64,000 bases of DNA from Octopus vulgaris (taxonomy: Eukaryota): NCBI GenBank assembly GCA_951406725.2, contig OX597835.1, positions 28,582,001 through 28,646,000 on the forward strand, read 5' to 3'. A program made the position numbers and the translations under genes. The notes under the pieces are model-generated. The model was given only the letters and a program-made list of their open reading frames with translations. It did no database searches and was not told the origin of the DNA. Below, in pieces: positions 1-12,741 of this stretch. Position 1 is the first letter of the stretch; each line of letters opens with the position of its first letter.

Positions 1-198
1 TGGGTCAAACTCTACATTTCTTTTTACTTTTTAATTTCCACCTCTCTATTTAAGTGAATGGCAATATAACCAAAAAAAGGTGGGTGGAACCATAATTTTC
101 GGTAGGAAAAAGTTACAGATAAAAACCTGTTACTTTTGATTAGAGCAGCACAATTAAATTGTGCTGCTTAAGTCAAATATGTTAGGTAAAATAATTAA

Positions 199-415
199 CT
201 TTTATTCTTTTATTCTTTTACTTGTTTCAGTCATTTGACGGTGGCCATGCTGGAGCACCGCCTTTTAGTCGAGCAAATTGATCCCAGGACTTATTCTTTA
301 TAAGCATAGTACTTATTCTATCGGTCTGTTTTGCCGAATCGCTAAGTTACAGGGACGTAAACACACCAGCGTCGGTTGTCAAGCGATGTTTGGAGGGATA
401 AACACAGACACACAA

Positions 416-466
<51 letters not shown>

Positions 467-620
467 CGACGGGCTTCTTTCAGTTTCCATCAACCAAATT
501 CAATCACAAGGATTTGGTCGGCCCGAGGCTATAGTAGAAGACACTTGCCCAAGGTGCCACGCAGTGGGACTAACCCCAGAACCATGTGGTTGGTAAGCAA
601 GCTACTTACCACACAGCCAC
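199..620 (-). mobile_element. SINE family A (tRNA-type head, internal (TA/TG)n tract, GAGTAAAA-type tail)
   Basis: Reverse complement of the ~400-bp repeat GGCGCAGGAGTGGCTGTGTGGTAAG...GGTTCAGTCCC...GACTGAAACAAGTAAAAGAG seen about 20 times in the window; Pol III A/B-box-like head. Confidence 0.9.
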
Positions 621-835
621 ATAATATGTAATAGTTTAAGCCACTTAATAAACTGACAATTCCTGATATGTATACTCTATACAGCGACAACGCAATTTAT
701 ACAAAGGCATAAAAAAATAAGCACACACACACACACATGATCTTCATTTGTAATGCACTTTGTATCCAGTCTGATGATCGCCAGCGTGAAATTCTAATAG
801 CTACATGTGATGTGCCAGTTATAATGACTACGCGC

Positions 836-876
<41 letters not shown>

Positions 877-959
877 CGAGACAAAACCACTATTTTGCAA
901 AACAAATAAGGAAAGACTTAATCAATACATAAAAATTTTTAATATAAAGAAATAAACCG

Positions 960-1002
960 CCACTACAATCGTTTCATGTCTTCAATGACATTCGTCAGGT
1001 GG
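960..1002 (-). ncRNA. Minimal type I hammerhead ribozyme (mirror copy)
   Basis: Exact reverse complement of 1045-1087 within the left arm of the inverted repeat. Confidence 0.8.
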
Positions 1003-1044
1003 ATTTTCGATTCATAAATTAAAACAGATTAGGAGATCGAAAAT

Positions 1045-1087
1045 CCACCTGACGAATGTCATTGAAGACATGAAACGATTGTAGTGG
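1045..1087 (+). ncRNA. Minimal type I hammerhead ribozyme
   Basis: CCAC-CTGACGA-ATGTC(ATTGAA)GACAT-GAAA-C(GATT)G-TA-GTGG: full core, stems I and II, short near-palindromic stem III; predicted cleavage after A1083. Confidence 0.8.
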
Positions 1088-1256
1088 CGGTTTATTTCTT
1101 TATATTAAAAATTTTTATGTATTGATTAAGTCTTTCCTTATTTGTTTTGCAAAATAGTGGTTTTGTCTCGAATTAATATTATATAATATTTTACTATAAA
1201 ATTGGATTTAATCCTAAATCTGATTTTTTCCCTGTAAATTTGGATTTATTCCCTAA

Positions 1257-1298
<42 letters not shown>

Positions 1299-1501
1299 TA
1301 ATGAGGGAGATAAATTTAATATTAATTTAATTAATATCAATTTAAAACCAGTAGCCTAGCATACAAAAATCTGAAAAATCAGAGAAAATTCTAATACAAT
1401 TGTATATTTAAAGGGCTAAAAAACTTTCTTTTTAGTTTGGTCGTAGGTCATCTACTTCTAGCATAGGGCTGTCCACATAGTGGTTTTTTAGCCCTTTAAA
1501 T

Positions 1502-1560
<59 letters not shown>

Positions 1561-1849
1561 AATGTTTCTATATGATATATACACACACACGCCCACATAT
1601 ATATTTAGGTATATATTTGTATGTATATAGATATTGTTATTCCTTTCAATTCTGGCAGAGAGAACCTTGGTATGAAACATGTAGACATCTAGAATGGCGG
1701 TTAAAGTGGGGTCTTGTATTTCGTTGTGCCTCGCCCAGAGAATGCCATAATTGTTAGTCTTACTTCTGAGGGTATATTAAAGCCGTGTAATACCTGTAAT
1801 GTTTTAATGCGCTTCGTGTACAGGAAGTAGTTCTCCCAGCGTGTATGTT

Positions 1850-2570
1850 GACTGCAAGTGTTTAATCAGAAATTATCTTTATATATTTTGCGAACATAGG
1901 CGCAGGAGTGGCTGTGTGGTAAGTAGCTTGCTTACCAACCACATGGTTCCAGGTTCAGTCCCACTGCGTGGTATCTTGGGCAAGTGTCTTCTACTACAGC
2001 CTCGGGCCGACCAATGCTTTATGAGTGGATTTGGTAGACGGAAACTGTAAGAAGTCTGTCGTATATATGTATGTGTATATGTTTGTGTGTCTGTGTTTGT
2101 CCCCCTAGCATTGCTTGACAACCGATGCTGGTGTGTTTATGTCCCCGTCACTTAGCAGTTCGGCAAAAGGGTCCGATAGAATATGTACTGGGTTTACAAA
2201 GAATAAGTCCCGGGGTCGATTTGCTCGACTAAAGGCGGTACTCTAGCATGGCCGCAGTCAAATGACTGAAACAAGTAAAAGAGTAGAGTATAAGTTGCAG
2301 GGTTTGTTAATTTGCATATTAAAATGCCCTTTTAAAAATTGTATGGAATGTTACTATTTTTTAGGCCCCAGTTGCATATAAAAAAAGCGATATCACTTTT
2401 GTAATTGGTGCTCGGGACGTATAGGTAAGTAAGTAGAAGCGTTACTTAAAGGAATTTGGGGTCTGGCCAATATCAAGCATTGGAAGATTGGTGATTTAGT
2501 AGCGAGTATTTATAACTTGGGTTCATTTATTTGCCTTTGGAATTAAATAGATAACGTTTGTGATTATGGG
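1850..2570 (-). pseudogene. Degenerate Penelope-like GIY-YIG endonuclease, split by a SINE A insertion
   Basis: Minus-strand translation gives ITNVIYLI...IGQTPNSFK*RFY...WGLKNSNIPYNF...KPCNLC; the CNLC motif is rejoined across the SINE; stops and frameshifts present. Confidence 0.7.
1899..2290 (+). mobile_element. SINE family A, full length
   Basis: Head GGCGCAGGAGTGGCTG through tail AAGTAAAAGAGTAGAG; inserted into the PLE endonuclease remnant. Confidence 0.92.
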
Positions 2571-2849
2571 AATTAAGTGGTGTCCCAGTTGTGTTTAGCT
2601 GTGATTCGTTGGCTCTCGGACCATATCTCTGCTCACCGCTATCGGGGCGGAGATTGTTGTTCGTCACTGCGAGCCCTGTGGGTCAGACCGACAGTTCCAA
2701 CGCATCTATTTCGCTATCCTCAGGAGCAACGCCTTTTCCATTTTGCTTGCTGGTATCAGGGGACACTCGTTGAACCGAGTGGCTTAGTTGAAGAGCGTTG
2801 GGTTTCTAACCCAGGGACACCCGTAGATAAACAAAATGCTTAGCGAAGT

Positions 2850-2949
2850 ATATGTGTGTGTGTGTGTGTGTGCGCACACGCCTGTACACACACACACATA
2901 AATATATTCATATATATACACATACATAAAAGCGGGAGCACACACGCAC

Positions 2950-3031
<82 letters not shown>

Positions 3032-3036
3032 GAATG

Positions 3037-3095
<59 letters not shown>

Positions 3096-3383
3096 TCAGT
3101 TTCGATCGGGAATTCAGATTTCACCTAACAGTTTCCCCATGTAGTTTGACTTGACTGATAAAGCCGTCAGACGAAACTTGATGTCCAACTCAAAACTAAT
3201 TTCATAATAAATTTGACCTTACTTTTAACATTTAATTTCTTCATCAGTAAATGTTCAGCTGTTGCTCTTAAAATTCCTTTAAAATAACAACCCAAAAATT
3301 ACACACTCACCTATACATAAGTATATCTATGTATCTATCTACCTGAGTCTTTAGCTATCTATGTACGCGTGCATGAATATGTA

Positions 3384-3431
<48 letters not shown>

Positions 3432-3433
3432 CA

Positions 3434-3513
<80 letters not shown>

Positions 3514-3541
3514 CGTATGTATCTATGTCTGTTTACATGTA

Positions 3542-3586
<45 letters not shown>

Positions 3587-4097
3587 TGGTGTACGTGTGA
3601 AGATAGCGAAGACCAGGTGTGACATCTGGTCCACCTGGTTATCGTCGCTCTCTTCATTAATTCTTCTTTCTCTTGTGGTTGTTATGTTCAGCCAGCTTGT
3701 CACTGTAAACACACACACACACACACATATACTCACACTAACACACGCAACTTAACAAGTATGTAATCAAGTACGTATGTTTTTCTCCGTGTGAATGTAT
3801 GTGTGTGAGTTTATATACATATGTATGTGTGCGTGCGTGTGTGTATACACAAACGCGCGCACACACACACATACACACACACACTCATATATATGCATAC
3901 CAGCATAACATGTACGAGTATGTGTGTAAATACAGATATACATACACTTATACAAACATAAATACACACGCAGATATATATAAATATGTGTGCGTATACA
4001 TATGTATATAAATACATATATGCACACACAAACACATGCATACACATACACACATACATGGATACATATATATATATATATATATACATATATATGC

Positions 4098-4134
<37 letters not shown>

Positions 4135-4221
4135 CATGTATGTATACTACCTCATAGACACAGGTCCCCTTCATACATACACACACACACGCAGACAGAC
4201 ACACACACACACACACACACG

Positions 4222-4272
<51 letters not shown>

Positions 4273-4414
4273 ACATACACACACAACGTGGTAGCGGAAG
4301 CGGTTGTGTAAGCTTAAAGATGTCAGTGTTGAGATGTGACAAGACAAAATTATAAGATGTCCTTTATAGGAGACCCACGTTGGCAGAGAGGACACACACA
4401 AATACGCACACACG

Positions 4415-4470
<56 letters not shown>
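2850..4470. repeat. Compound (TG/CA)n and (TA)n microsatellite field
   Basis: Long dinucleotide runs separated by short unique islands. Confidence 0.9.
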
Positions 4471-4473
<3 letters not shown>

Positions 4474-4729
4474 GCTCATTTTGACATTAAGTAAAACATA
4501 CTGACTCATACGAACAAGAAACTTGCGTGTATAAGATATAGACTAATTCACGTCCAGGTTCCCCTCATACACATGTGGCATCACAGCCGTAAACTCTCTC
4601 TCCCGTATTTCCTCACTCTCACACACATACACACATGCGTACATATACGTGCACTCCTACACTCACTTTCATGCATGTATACATGAAAGTGTATGTATGT
4701 GTGGTCCGTGACTCTACAACTTTTTTTCC

Positions 4730-4945
4730 TCGAACTTTTTTCCTTGTACTTTTTCTTCGTCCTTTTTTGCGATTTTTTTCCTCTGTCTTCCCTTCTCCTA
4801 TGTTTCCGACGAAGAGCTCCGCTCAAAACGTTAAACCCTCCTTCTTCCCTTCTTTCCTGAGCGTCCAATAATACTTTATTTGTTCCACGTCCTCGCGTTG
4901 TTGTGTTTTTTTGTGTTTTATTTTGTTTGAATTAAGTAACTAACT
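4730..4945 (+). mobile_element. PLE-type terminal repeat fragment with degenerate hammerhead
   Basis: GTTT-CCGACGA-AGAGC(TCC)GCTC-AAAA-CGTT-AAAC at 4802-4836 (two core substitutions); related to 28810-28990; abuts (TA)n. Confidence 0.5.
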
Positions 4946-5004
<59 letters not shown>

Positions 5005-5010
5005 TATGTA

Positions 5011-5397
5011 GGCGCATATATATGTGGTAAGTAGCTTGCTTCTCAACCATATAGTCCCGGGTTCAGTCCCACTGCGTGGCACCTTGGGCAAGTGTCTTCT
5101 ACTACAGCCTAGGGCCGACCAAAGCCTTGTGAGTGGATTTGGGAGACGGAAACTGAAAGAAGCCCATCGTATGTGTGTCTGTGTGTGTTTGTCTGTTTGT
5201 CCACCCCCACCACCATAACTTGACAACCGATGTTGGTGTGCTTACGTCTCCGTAACTTAGCGGTTCGGCAAAAGTAGCCGATAGAATAAGTACTAAGCTT
5301 ACGAAGAATAAATCCTAGAGCCGATTTGTTCGACTAAAGGCCGTGCACCAGCGTGGCCGCAGGCAAATGACTGAAACAAATATAAGAATAAAAGAAT
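5011..5397 (+). mobile_element. SINE family A
   Basis: Matches other A copies; head partly altered. Confidence 0.9.
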
Positions 5398-5526
5398 GTA
5401 TATACATATATAAACTTTCCCCTTTTCTATATATTTACTATATTATTTCTCTCCTCTTTACATGCATATCGCTCACGCAGGATGCATGTATCTGTGTTTC
5501 TGTGGGGGGGGTATGTGGGTGTATAT

Positions 5527-5770
5527 ATCACGTGACCAATCAGACTATCAGATGTTGTTACATATCGCTGGTCACAATGCATTTTTGCATTGTTTTAGCC
5601 TTCAAATGACGCCACCCCAGTGTCTAGACGAGCAGACCCAATATTCCCCACTGATAGAATGAAGTGTTTTGCTCATGAACGCAACGCGCCACTCACTTAG
5701 GGAATCGAACCCACCTAATGATCTTGAGCGCAACCACTAGGCCACGTGCATAACCACTAGGCCACGTGCC
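5527..5770 (-). mobile_element. SINE fragment: E-type tail joined to D-type tRNA head
   Basis: 5527-5635 matches 19493-19615; 5655-5770 resembles 29820-29930. Confidence 0.6.
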
Positions 5771-6027
5771 TTCACACACACACACATAGAAACACAGACA
5801 TATATGTATGTAGATATATACGTAAATACACTCACATACATATATTGCACAATTCGTGTTTTTTATCGTTATTTCCACATTTTCTTTCCTTTCTCTACTC
5901 TTCTTTCACCCATTCATCTATATTTATGATGAAGTACCCCATGTCCGAAACATCAAGGACGTTTCTTATTTCTCAATCTCTTATCGAACATAACTACCCC
6001 GTGTGTATCGTTTTGTTTCTGCTTTGT

Positions 6028-6028
<1 letters not shown>

Positions 6029-6097
<69 letters not shown>

Positions 6098-6162
6098 GAG
6101 AGAGAAGAAGAAGAAGAAGAAGAAGAAGAAGAAAAGAAGAAGAAGAAGAAGAAGAAGAAGAG
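6029..6162. repeat. (TAGA)n + (GAA)n microsatellite
   Basis: Direct reading. Confidence 0.95.
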
Positions 6163-6230
6163 ATACGCATATATAAACACACATGTTTATGTGTGTATGT
6201 TCGTGTGTGTGTGCGCGTGTGCATATATAT

Positions 6231-6637
6231 GCGTAGGAGTGGGTGTGTGGTAAGTAGCTTGCTTACCAACCTCATGGTACCGGGTTCAGTCCCACTGCGT
6301 GGCACCTTGGTTAAATGTCTTCTACTATGGCCTCGGGCCGACCAAAGCCTTGTGAGTGGATTTGGTAGACGGAAACTAAAAGAAGCTCCTCGTATATATG
6401 TATATATATGTATGTGTGTGTGACTGTGTTTGTGTGTCTGTGTTTGTCCGCCCAAACATCGCTTGACAACCGATGCTGGTGTGTTTACGTCCCCGTAACT
6501 TAGCGGTTCGTCAAAAGAGCCCGATAGAATAAGTATTAGGCTTACAAAGAATAAGTCCTGGGGTCGATTTGCTCGACTAAAGGCGGTGCTCCTGCATGGC
6601 CACAGTGAAATGACTGAAACAAGTAAAAGAGTAAAGA

Positions 6638-6638
<1 letters not shown>
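6231..6638 (+). mobile_element. SINE family A, full length
   Basis: Matches family A along its whole length. Confidence 0.92.
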
Positions 6639-6686
<48 letters not shown>

Positions 6687-7351
6687 TATATAAATGAGAG
6701 TGCATGTGCCTATGTGAATATGTCATGGAAAGGCTCTGGAATGGTGTGTCGTCTAGAAAAACGGATTTGATTTTCCAAGTTTGCGTCCTAACGACAAAGC
6801 ATTCGGTCATCATTAATCAAAATATTTAATTTACTACGAGAAGTAACGAAACTCAAAGATTGACAAGTCTACCACTCTTTGAGTTTCTACATCAAGCGTT
6901 CTCTCCCTCTCTCTCCCTCTCTGATGCCTTCCCCTCTCTTTATATATTTGCCACATTCTTTATCACCCTCTATTTGTTTGTGTATCTCTCATGCATTTAC
7001 TGCTCCCCACTTTTCTCTCTTTATGAGACATGTAATCGCTTTCATTTTGGTTAAACTTCTGCTGTTATAGCTATCACGCAGAGATTGCTAGCTTCCAGTT
7101 CCTGTCCTCTCATTGGGTAAAAATGATCAAGCTTTGAAACTGTGACATTTTCTTTTTCTATTGTATGGGGAGGGGGTATAAAGGAATCCCAAAATCGTAT
7201 TCAGCGTAAAAAAGTACCCCAATATACCAAATTTCAAAATCTGTGTCAGCAGCAGAAAAGACCTTCCCCCTATCTCTGTATTTATCTTTATTTGTCTCTC
7301 TCCATTTACGCTTTTCCCATTGTAAACTCCTCCTTTCTCTCCCTATATTTA

Positions 7352-7586
7352 CCTATTTCTTTACTACCCACAAAGGGCTAAGTACAGAGGGGACAAACAA
7401 GAACAGACAAACTGATTAAGTCGATTACATCGACTCCAGTGCGTAACTGGTACTTAATTTTTCGACCCCGAAAGGATGAAAGGCAAAGTCGACCTCGGCG
7501 GAATTCGAACTCAGAACATAACGGCAGACGAAATACCGCTAAGCATTTCGGCCGGCGTGCTAACGTTTCTGCCAGCTCGCCGCCAA
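7352..7586 (-). mobile_element. SINE family B monomer with tail type 1
   Basis: Reverse complement of GGCGGCGAGCTGGCAGAAACGTTAG...GAGTTCGAATTCC...TTTCATCCTTTCGGGGTCGA...CCCTTTGTGGGTAGTAAAGAAATA. Confidence 0.88.
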
Positions 7587-7998
7587 ATATTTACCATACT
7601 CTCTCCCTCTCACTCTCTGTACATACATATCGCTCACGCAGAGAGTGTATCTGTATGTGTGTGTGTGTGTGTGTGTTTTACGGATTTCATGAGGACGACA
7701 GAGTCGAAAGGCTCACACAGTGCAATCAGCATTTACATGTATGCATCAAAGGGGAAACAAAACAAAAAGAAAAAAAAAAATCAGTTTATCGATACATTTT
7801 GAATTGTCCCAAATAATGCAGGAGTCTGTCCTGGTTAAGAAACCTATCCGTAGGAGAAAACGGTATGACTTGAAACGAAACAAAAAAAAAAAAACACAAA
7901 AAAACCCCAACCCCCCCCCCAAAAAAAATTAAACTCACTATGTATGTATGTATACACACTCACTCACACACACGTATATTTATGCATATATATGTATG

Positions 7999-8034
<36 letters not shown>

Positions 8035-8035
<1 letters not shown>

Positions 8036-8086
8036 ATATATATGTATATTTATGTGTGTGTATGTATTTATATATATGTGAGTGTG

Positions 8087-8124
<38 letters not shown>

Positions 8125-8161
8125 CACACTCACATATATATAAATACATACACACACATAA

Positions 8162-8176
<15 letters not shown>
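8035..8176. repeat. Perfect 142-bp palindrome centred on (TA)15
   Basis: 8041-8090 is the exact reverse complement of 8121-8170. Confidence 0.85.
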
Positions 8177-8204
<28 letters not shown>

Positions 8205-9339
8205 GCTAACTAGCTAGATAGATAGATATGGATATACATACATACAAACACACACATATACACATACAAATATTCAAATATATAATGACACACATACACA
8301 CAAACACCACATCCATTCACACACACACACACGCATCATGCTTACACATTGCATATAAAGAAGTAACATAAAGTAGAGCAAAAACAAGATAAAAAAATAA
8401 ATCAATATTAAAATGAAAATCAATTTTGACAAGACATACACAGAGCTCACCTTAGCCTGGCTCCCCCCCCCACTCCGACACCACTCCGCCATTAAAGTTT
8501 GGACACCCGCCTCTACCACATACACTCACACACACCCACGCACACATAGACATACACGTGCGCATGCAGACACGCACTACGTACCGACGCACGCATACAT
8601 GTACGCACAGACGCATACGCATGTACTCACACATATACGCACGCACAGACACAAACACGCACACTAACACACACGCACATAGACAAGCACGCACGCACTC
8701 TCATACACGAACGCATACACACACACACACACGTACGCACCTACGGACACGTACAGGTACTTACAAGCACACACACACATACACACGCACACATATACGC
8801 ACGTACAGACACAAACACGCACGCACATGCACATACGCAAAGACACACATACATTCGCGCACGCACGCCAGCACAGGCACGCACACATATACGCCCGCAA
8901 ACACGCACACGCACACATACACGCACGCACGCATACACACAAATACACATAAGCGCGCGCGCACAAACGATGGAATTTTCAGGTGGTCAATGGACGCGCT
9001 CGAAACACCAACCAAATCTCCTTCAAATCATCCTACACTCACTTTATCGGTTTTTTATTTTGCCGAACAAAATGCTTAACGGTATCTCTTCTCACTGTTT
9101 ACGATGTGAGTTCAAATCCTGCGGGGTTAACTTTTTCCTTTCATCCTCTAGGGTCGATAAAGACGAATATCAGTTGAGTACAGTGGTCCATGTTATTGTC
9201 TATTTCCTTCCCTCGATGGCGTTGACTAATTTTCTTCTAGAAATTCCTGGCTTAGTGTCAAAATTCGTAACCATTTATATATATATATATGTGTGTGTGT
9301 GTTTGTCTGTGTGTGTTTGTGTGTATATATGTATCCTTA

Positions 9340-9733
9340 TTTTATCTTTTTATTCTTTTGTTTTGTTTCGGTCATTTCACTACGGCCATGCAGGAGCACC
9401 GCCTTTAATCGAACAAAATCGACTCTAGGACTTATTCTTTGTAAGCCTAGTACTTATTCTATCCGCCTTTGGCCGAACCGCCAAGTCACAGGGACGTAAA
9501 CTCACCAACATCGGTTGTCAACGGATGGTGGGGGAGGACAAGCACAGACATACACACAAATATATACATACAGCAGGCTTCTTTCAGTTTCCGTCTACCA
9601 AATCCACTCACAAGGCTTTGGTTGGCCTGAGGCTATAGTAGAAGATACTCGCCCAAGGTGCCACGTGTTGGAACTGAAGCCGGAACTATATGATTGGTAA
9701 GCAAGCTTCTTACCATACAGCCACGCTCCACCT
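9340..9733 (-). mobile_element. SINE family A (diverged)
   Basis: Matches family A on the minus strand. Confidence 0.88.
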
Positions 9734-10167
9734 AGTGACATTTCTGCCAGCTATATGTTCTGAGTTCATATTCTACCGAAGTCGACAGTGCTTTTCATCC
9801 TTTCGGGGACGATAAAATAGTATCAGTTGAACATTGGGGTCGATGTAATCGTTTAGCTCCCACCACTACCATCACCACTACCCCACACCACCACCAAAAC
9901 TTCAAGATTTTGGCCTATGGAAGAATGGACAATCATTACCATTATGTTGGCAGATACGTGGGCAAGCAGGAAAAATGCTTAGCAACATTTCTTCCGAGTC
10001 TCAATGATCTGAGTTCAATTTATGCCGAGGTCAACTTTACCTATCATCCTTACAGAATTGATAAAATAAAGTACACGTTATGTACAGGGGTCGACATAAT
10101 CCACTAGCTCCCTGCTCCCGAATTTCGGACTTTGTGCCTATAGTAAGGGGGATTATACTATTGTTTC

Positions 10168-10567
10168 TAAGGCGGCGATCTGGCAGAAACGTTAGCACGC
10201 CGGGCGAAATACTTATCGGTATTTCGTCTGTCTTTATGTTCTGAGTTCAAATTCTGCTGACGTCGACTTTGCCTTTCATCCTTTCGAGGTCGATAAATTA
10301 AGTACCAGTTACGCACTGGGGTCGATATAATTGACTTAATCCGTTTGTCTGTCCTTGTTTGTCCTCTCTGTGTTTAGCCCCTTGTGGGTAGTAAAGAGAT
10401 AGGTATTTCGTCTGTCTTTATGTTCTGAGTTCAAATTCTGCCGAGGTCGACTTTGCCGTTCATCCTTTCGGGGTCGATAAATTAAGTACCAGTTGTGTAC
10501 TGGGGCCGACGTAATTGACCATCCTTCTCTCCTCCAAGTTTCAGGCCTTGTGCCTATAGTAGAAACG
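10168..10567 (+). mobile_element. SINE family B dimer (tail 1 then tail 2), preceded by older B fragments at 9745-10150
   Basis: Two body units joined at AAAGAGATA|GGTATTTCG. Confidence 0.88.
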
Positions 10568-11124
10568 ATCAACACCATTATTATTTTATAAGGACACGTT
10601 CCTGCAGATAATATTGCGTGGGCCACCTGCATGAAGGAGAAAAATAAAGTCGAGATGTTCACGGCTGGAATGTCTTTGATCAAATGTTTGCTCTCCCTCA
10701 AGTTTGACCCTTAGCTATGCAACAGCAACAACAGCAACAGAAACAATGTAAAATACCGTTCAATCTGGCCACCCCTCTCCATTTGCAGATATTCGCCCCA
10801 TCTCCACCCCCACTCCACCATATTTACACCTGCATGTACACAAGGGCCACTGACATCCGCTCCCCACAAAATTCATATCGTTCCTTTCCCCCCCTCGGTT
10901 AACCTACCAACACAACCACCCTCCACTACCGACCACAAAATTTATACACACACACACACACGCACAACCCTCCGCATACACACACACACACACACACACA
11001 CCACTACCTACCACCAAATATAGAAACATCACTCCACCCCATCCATCACTCCACCATCGAACTCTCTTCTACTGACATTGCCAACCTCTATCTTGGAGAC
11101 TGAAGACCGTGGGGACACTTCTGG

Positions 11125-11129
11125 CATTG

Positions 11130-11161
<32 letters not shown>

Positions 11162-11745
11162 GGTGACGGTTGTCGTTTTGATGGTAGCGGTGGCAGTGGC
11201 GTTGGCGGTAGTGGTGCGGGGTGGTGGTGGTGGTGGTGGCGGTGGTGGTGGCGTTGGCGGTAGTGGTGCGGGGGGTAGGGATAGCGGTGATACAGGTGGA
11301 GGGTTGTTGGTGGCGATTTCGATGTGATAATTTTGGTAATGGTGGTGGTGGTATTGTTGGTAGTTATGTTCGTGGTGGTATTGGTTGCAGTGATAATGGT
11401 GGTATTGCAAGAGGTGGCGCTGTTGGTGTTGGTAGTGGTGGTGGTGGTGGTGGATATGGCAATGAAAGTGGTGGTGGTGGTGGTGGTGGTGGTGGCGTCA
11501 ACGCTTGTGGTGACGGTGACGGTACTGACGATGGTGGTGGTGGTTGTTGTGGTGGTGGTAGTAGCTTGTTAGTGAAGATAGCATGGTGAGACCTGCTCGG
11601 TGGTTTTCGTGGTTTGCATATAGTTTCGATTTTTAAGCGGTAACGGTAGTGGTAGAGATGACGGTGGTGATGGTGGTGGTGGTGGTTATAACCTTGAAAG
11701 TAGTGAGTGGTAGTACTGGTAGTGGTGGTGGTGGTGGTGCCGGAG
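11125..11745. repeat. Degenerate (GGT)n/(GTT)n low-complexity tract
   Basis: Direct reading. Confidence 0.85.
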
Positions 11746-11946
11746 GAGTAGGTCACGATTATGGACGAGATGGTGAGGGGCAATGGATGTGTGTGCATGT
11801 GTGAGTGTATGTGTGTGAGTGAGTGAGTGTGCGTGTGTGTGTGTGCGTGTGAGAGAGAGAAACAACACTGTCCCAGATATGTGAGCTGTATGTAATTCTA
11901 AAGTCGATTGGGTCGGAGCATTGTTTACAACAAGTGATCGGTGCTG

Positions 11947-11995
<49 letters not shown>

Positions 11996-12017
11996 AATAA
12001 TAATAATAATAATAATA

Positions 12018-12072
<55 letters not shown>

Positions 12073-12088
12073 TAATAATAAAAATAAA
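11947..12088. repeat. (AAC)n-(AAT)n microsatellite
   Basis: Direct reading. Confidence 0.95.
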
Positions 12089-12093
12089 ATGTA

Positions 12094-12482
12094 ATCCTTT
12101 CTACTAAAAGCCGATGGGGTGAAATTTTGGCGTGAGGAGACGTGCCAATTTCATCAACCCCATTGATTCATTGGTACTCACTTAATTTATCGACCCCGAA
12201 ATAATGAAAGGCAAAGTCGACCTCGGCGGAATTTGAACTCAGAATGTGAAGACAGACGAAATACCTATTTCTTTACTACCCACAAGGGGCTAAACACAGA
12301 GAGGACAAACAAGGACAGACAAACGGATTAAGTCGATTATATCGACCTCAGTGCGTAACTGGTACTTATTTAATCGACCCCGAAAGGATGAAAGGCAAAG
12401 TCAACCTCTGCGGAATTTGAACTCAGAACGTAGCGGCAGACGAAATACGGCTACGCATATCGCCCGGCGTGCTAACTCGCTG
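12094..12482 (-). mobile_element. SINE family B dimer
   Basis: Two bodies; junction AAAGAAATA|GGTATTTCG on the element strand. Confidence 0.87.
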
Positions 12483-12485
12483 CAT

Positions 12486-12564
<79 letters not shown>

Positions 12565-12698
12565 GATGATGATGATAATAACAATAATAATAATAGTTGT
12601 TGTTGAACCCCAGGTCAGTACTGATCCTCCTTATTTCTCATCAGAGACAATCCAGCCCTTACTCTTTTCCCTTTTCTCCCAAGACAGTATAGCAGTGA

Positions 12699-12741
<43 letters not shown>

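Larger units (their letters stand above)
876..1260. mobile_element. Penelope-like pseudo-LTR in inverted arrangement (arms 876-1011 and 1036-1171), inserted in (TA)n
   Basis: Perfect 136-bp inverted repeat with 24-nt spacer; contains hammerhead motif; flanked by (TA)n on both sides, as is typical of PLE ends. Confidence 0.75.

Noticed and set aside
3150-3195. Hammerhead-like CTGATAA...GAAAC (also CTGAGGA..GAAA near 2705-2725 on the minus strand)
   Set aside because: Stems I and II cannot be formed convincingly
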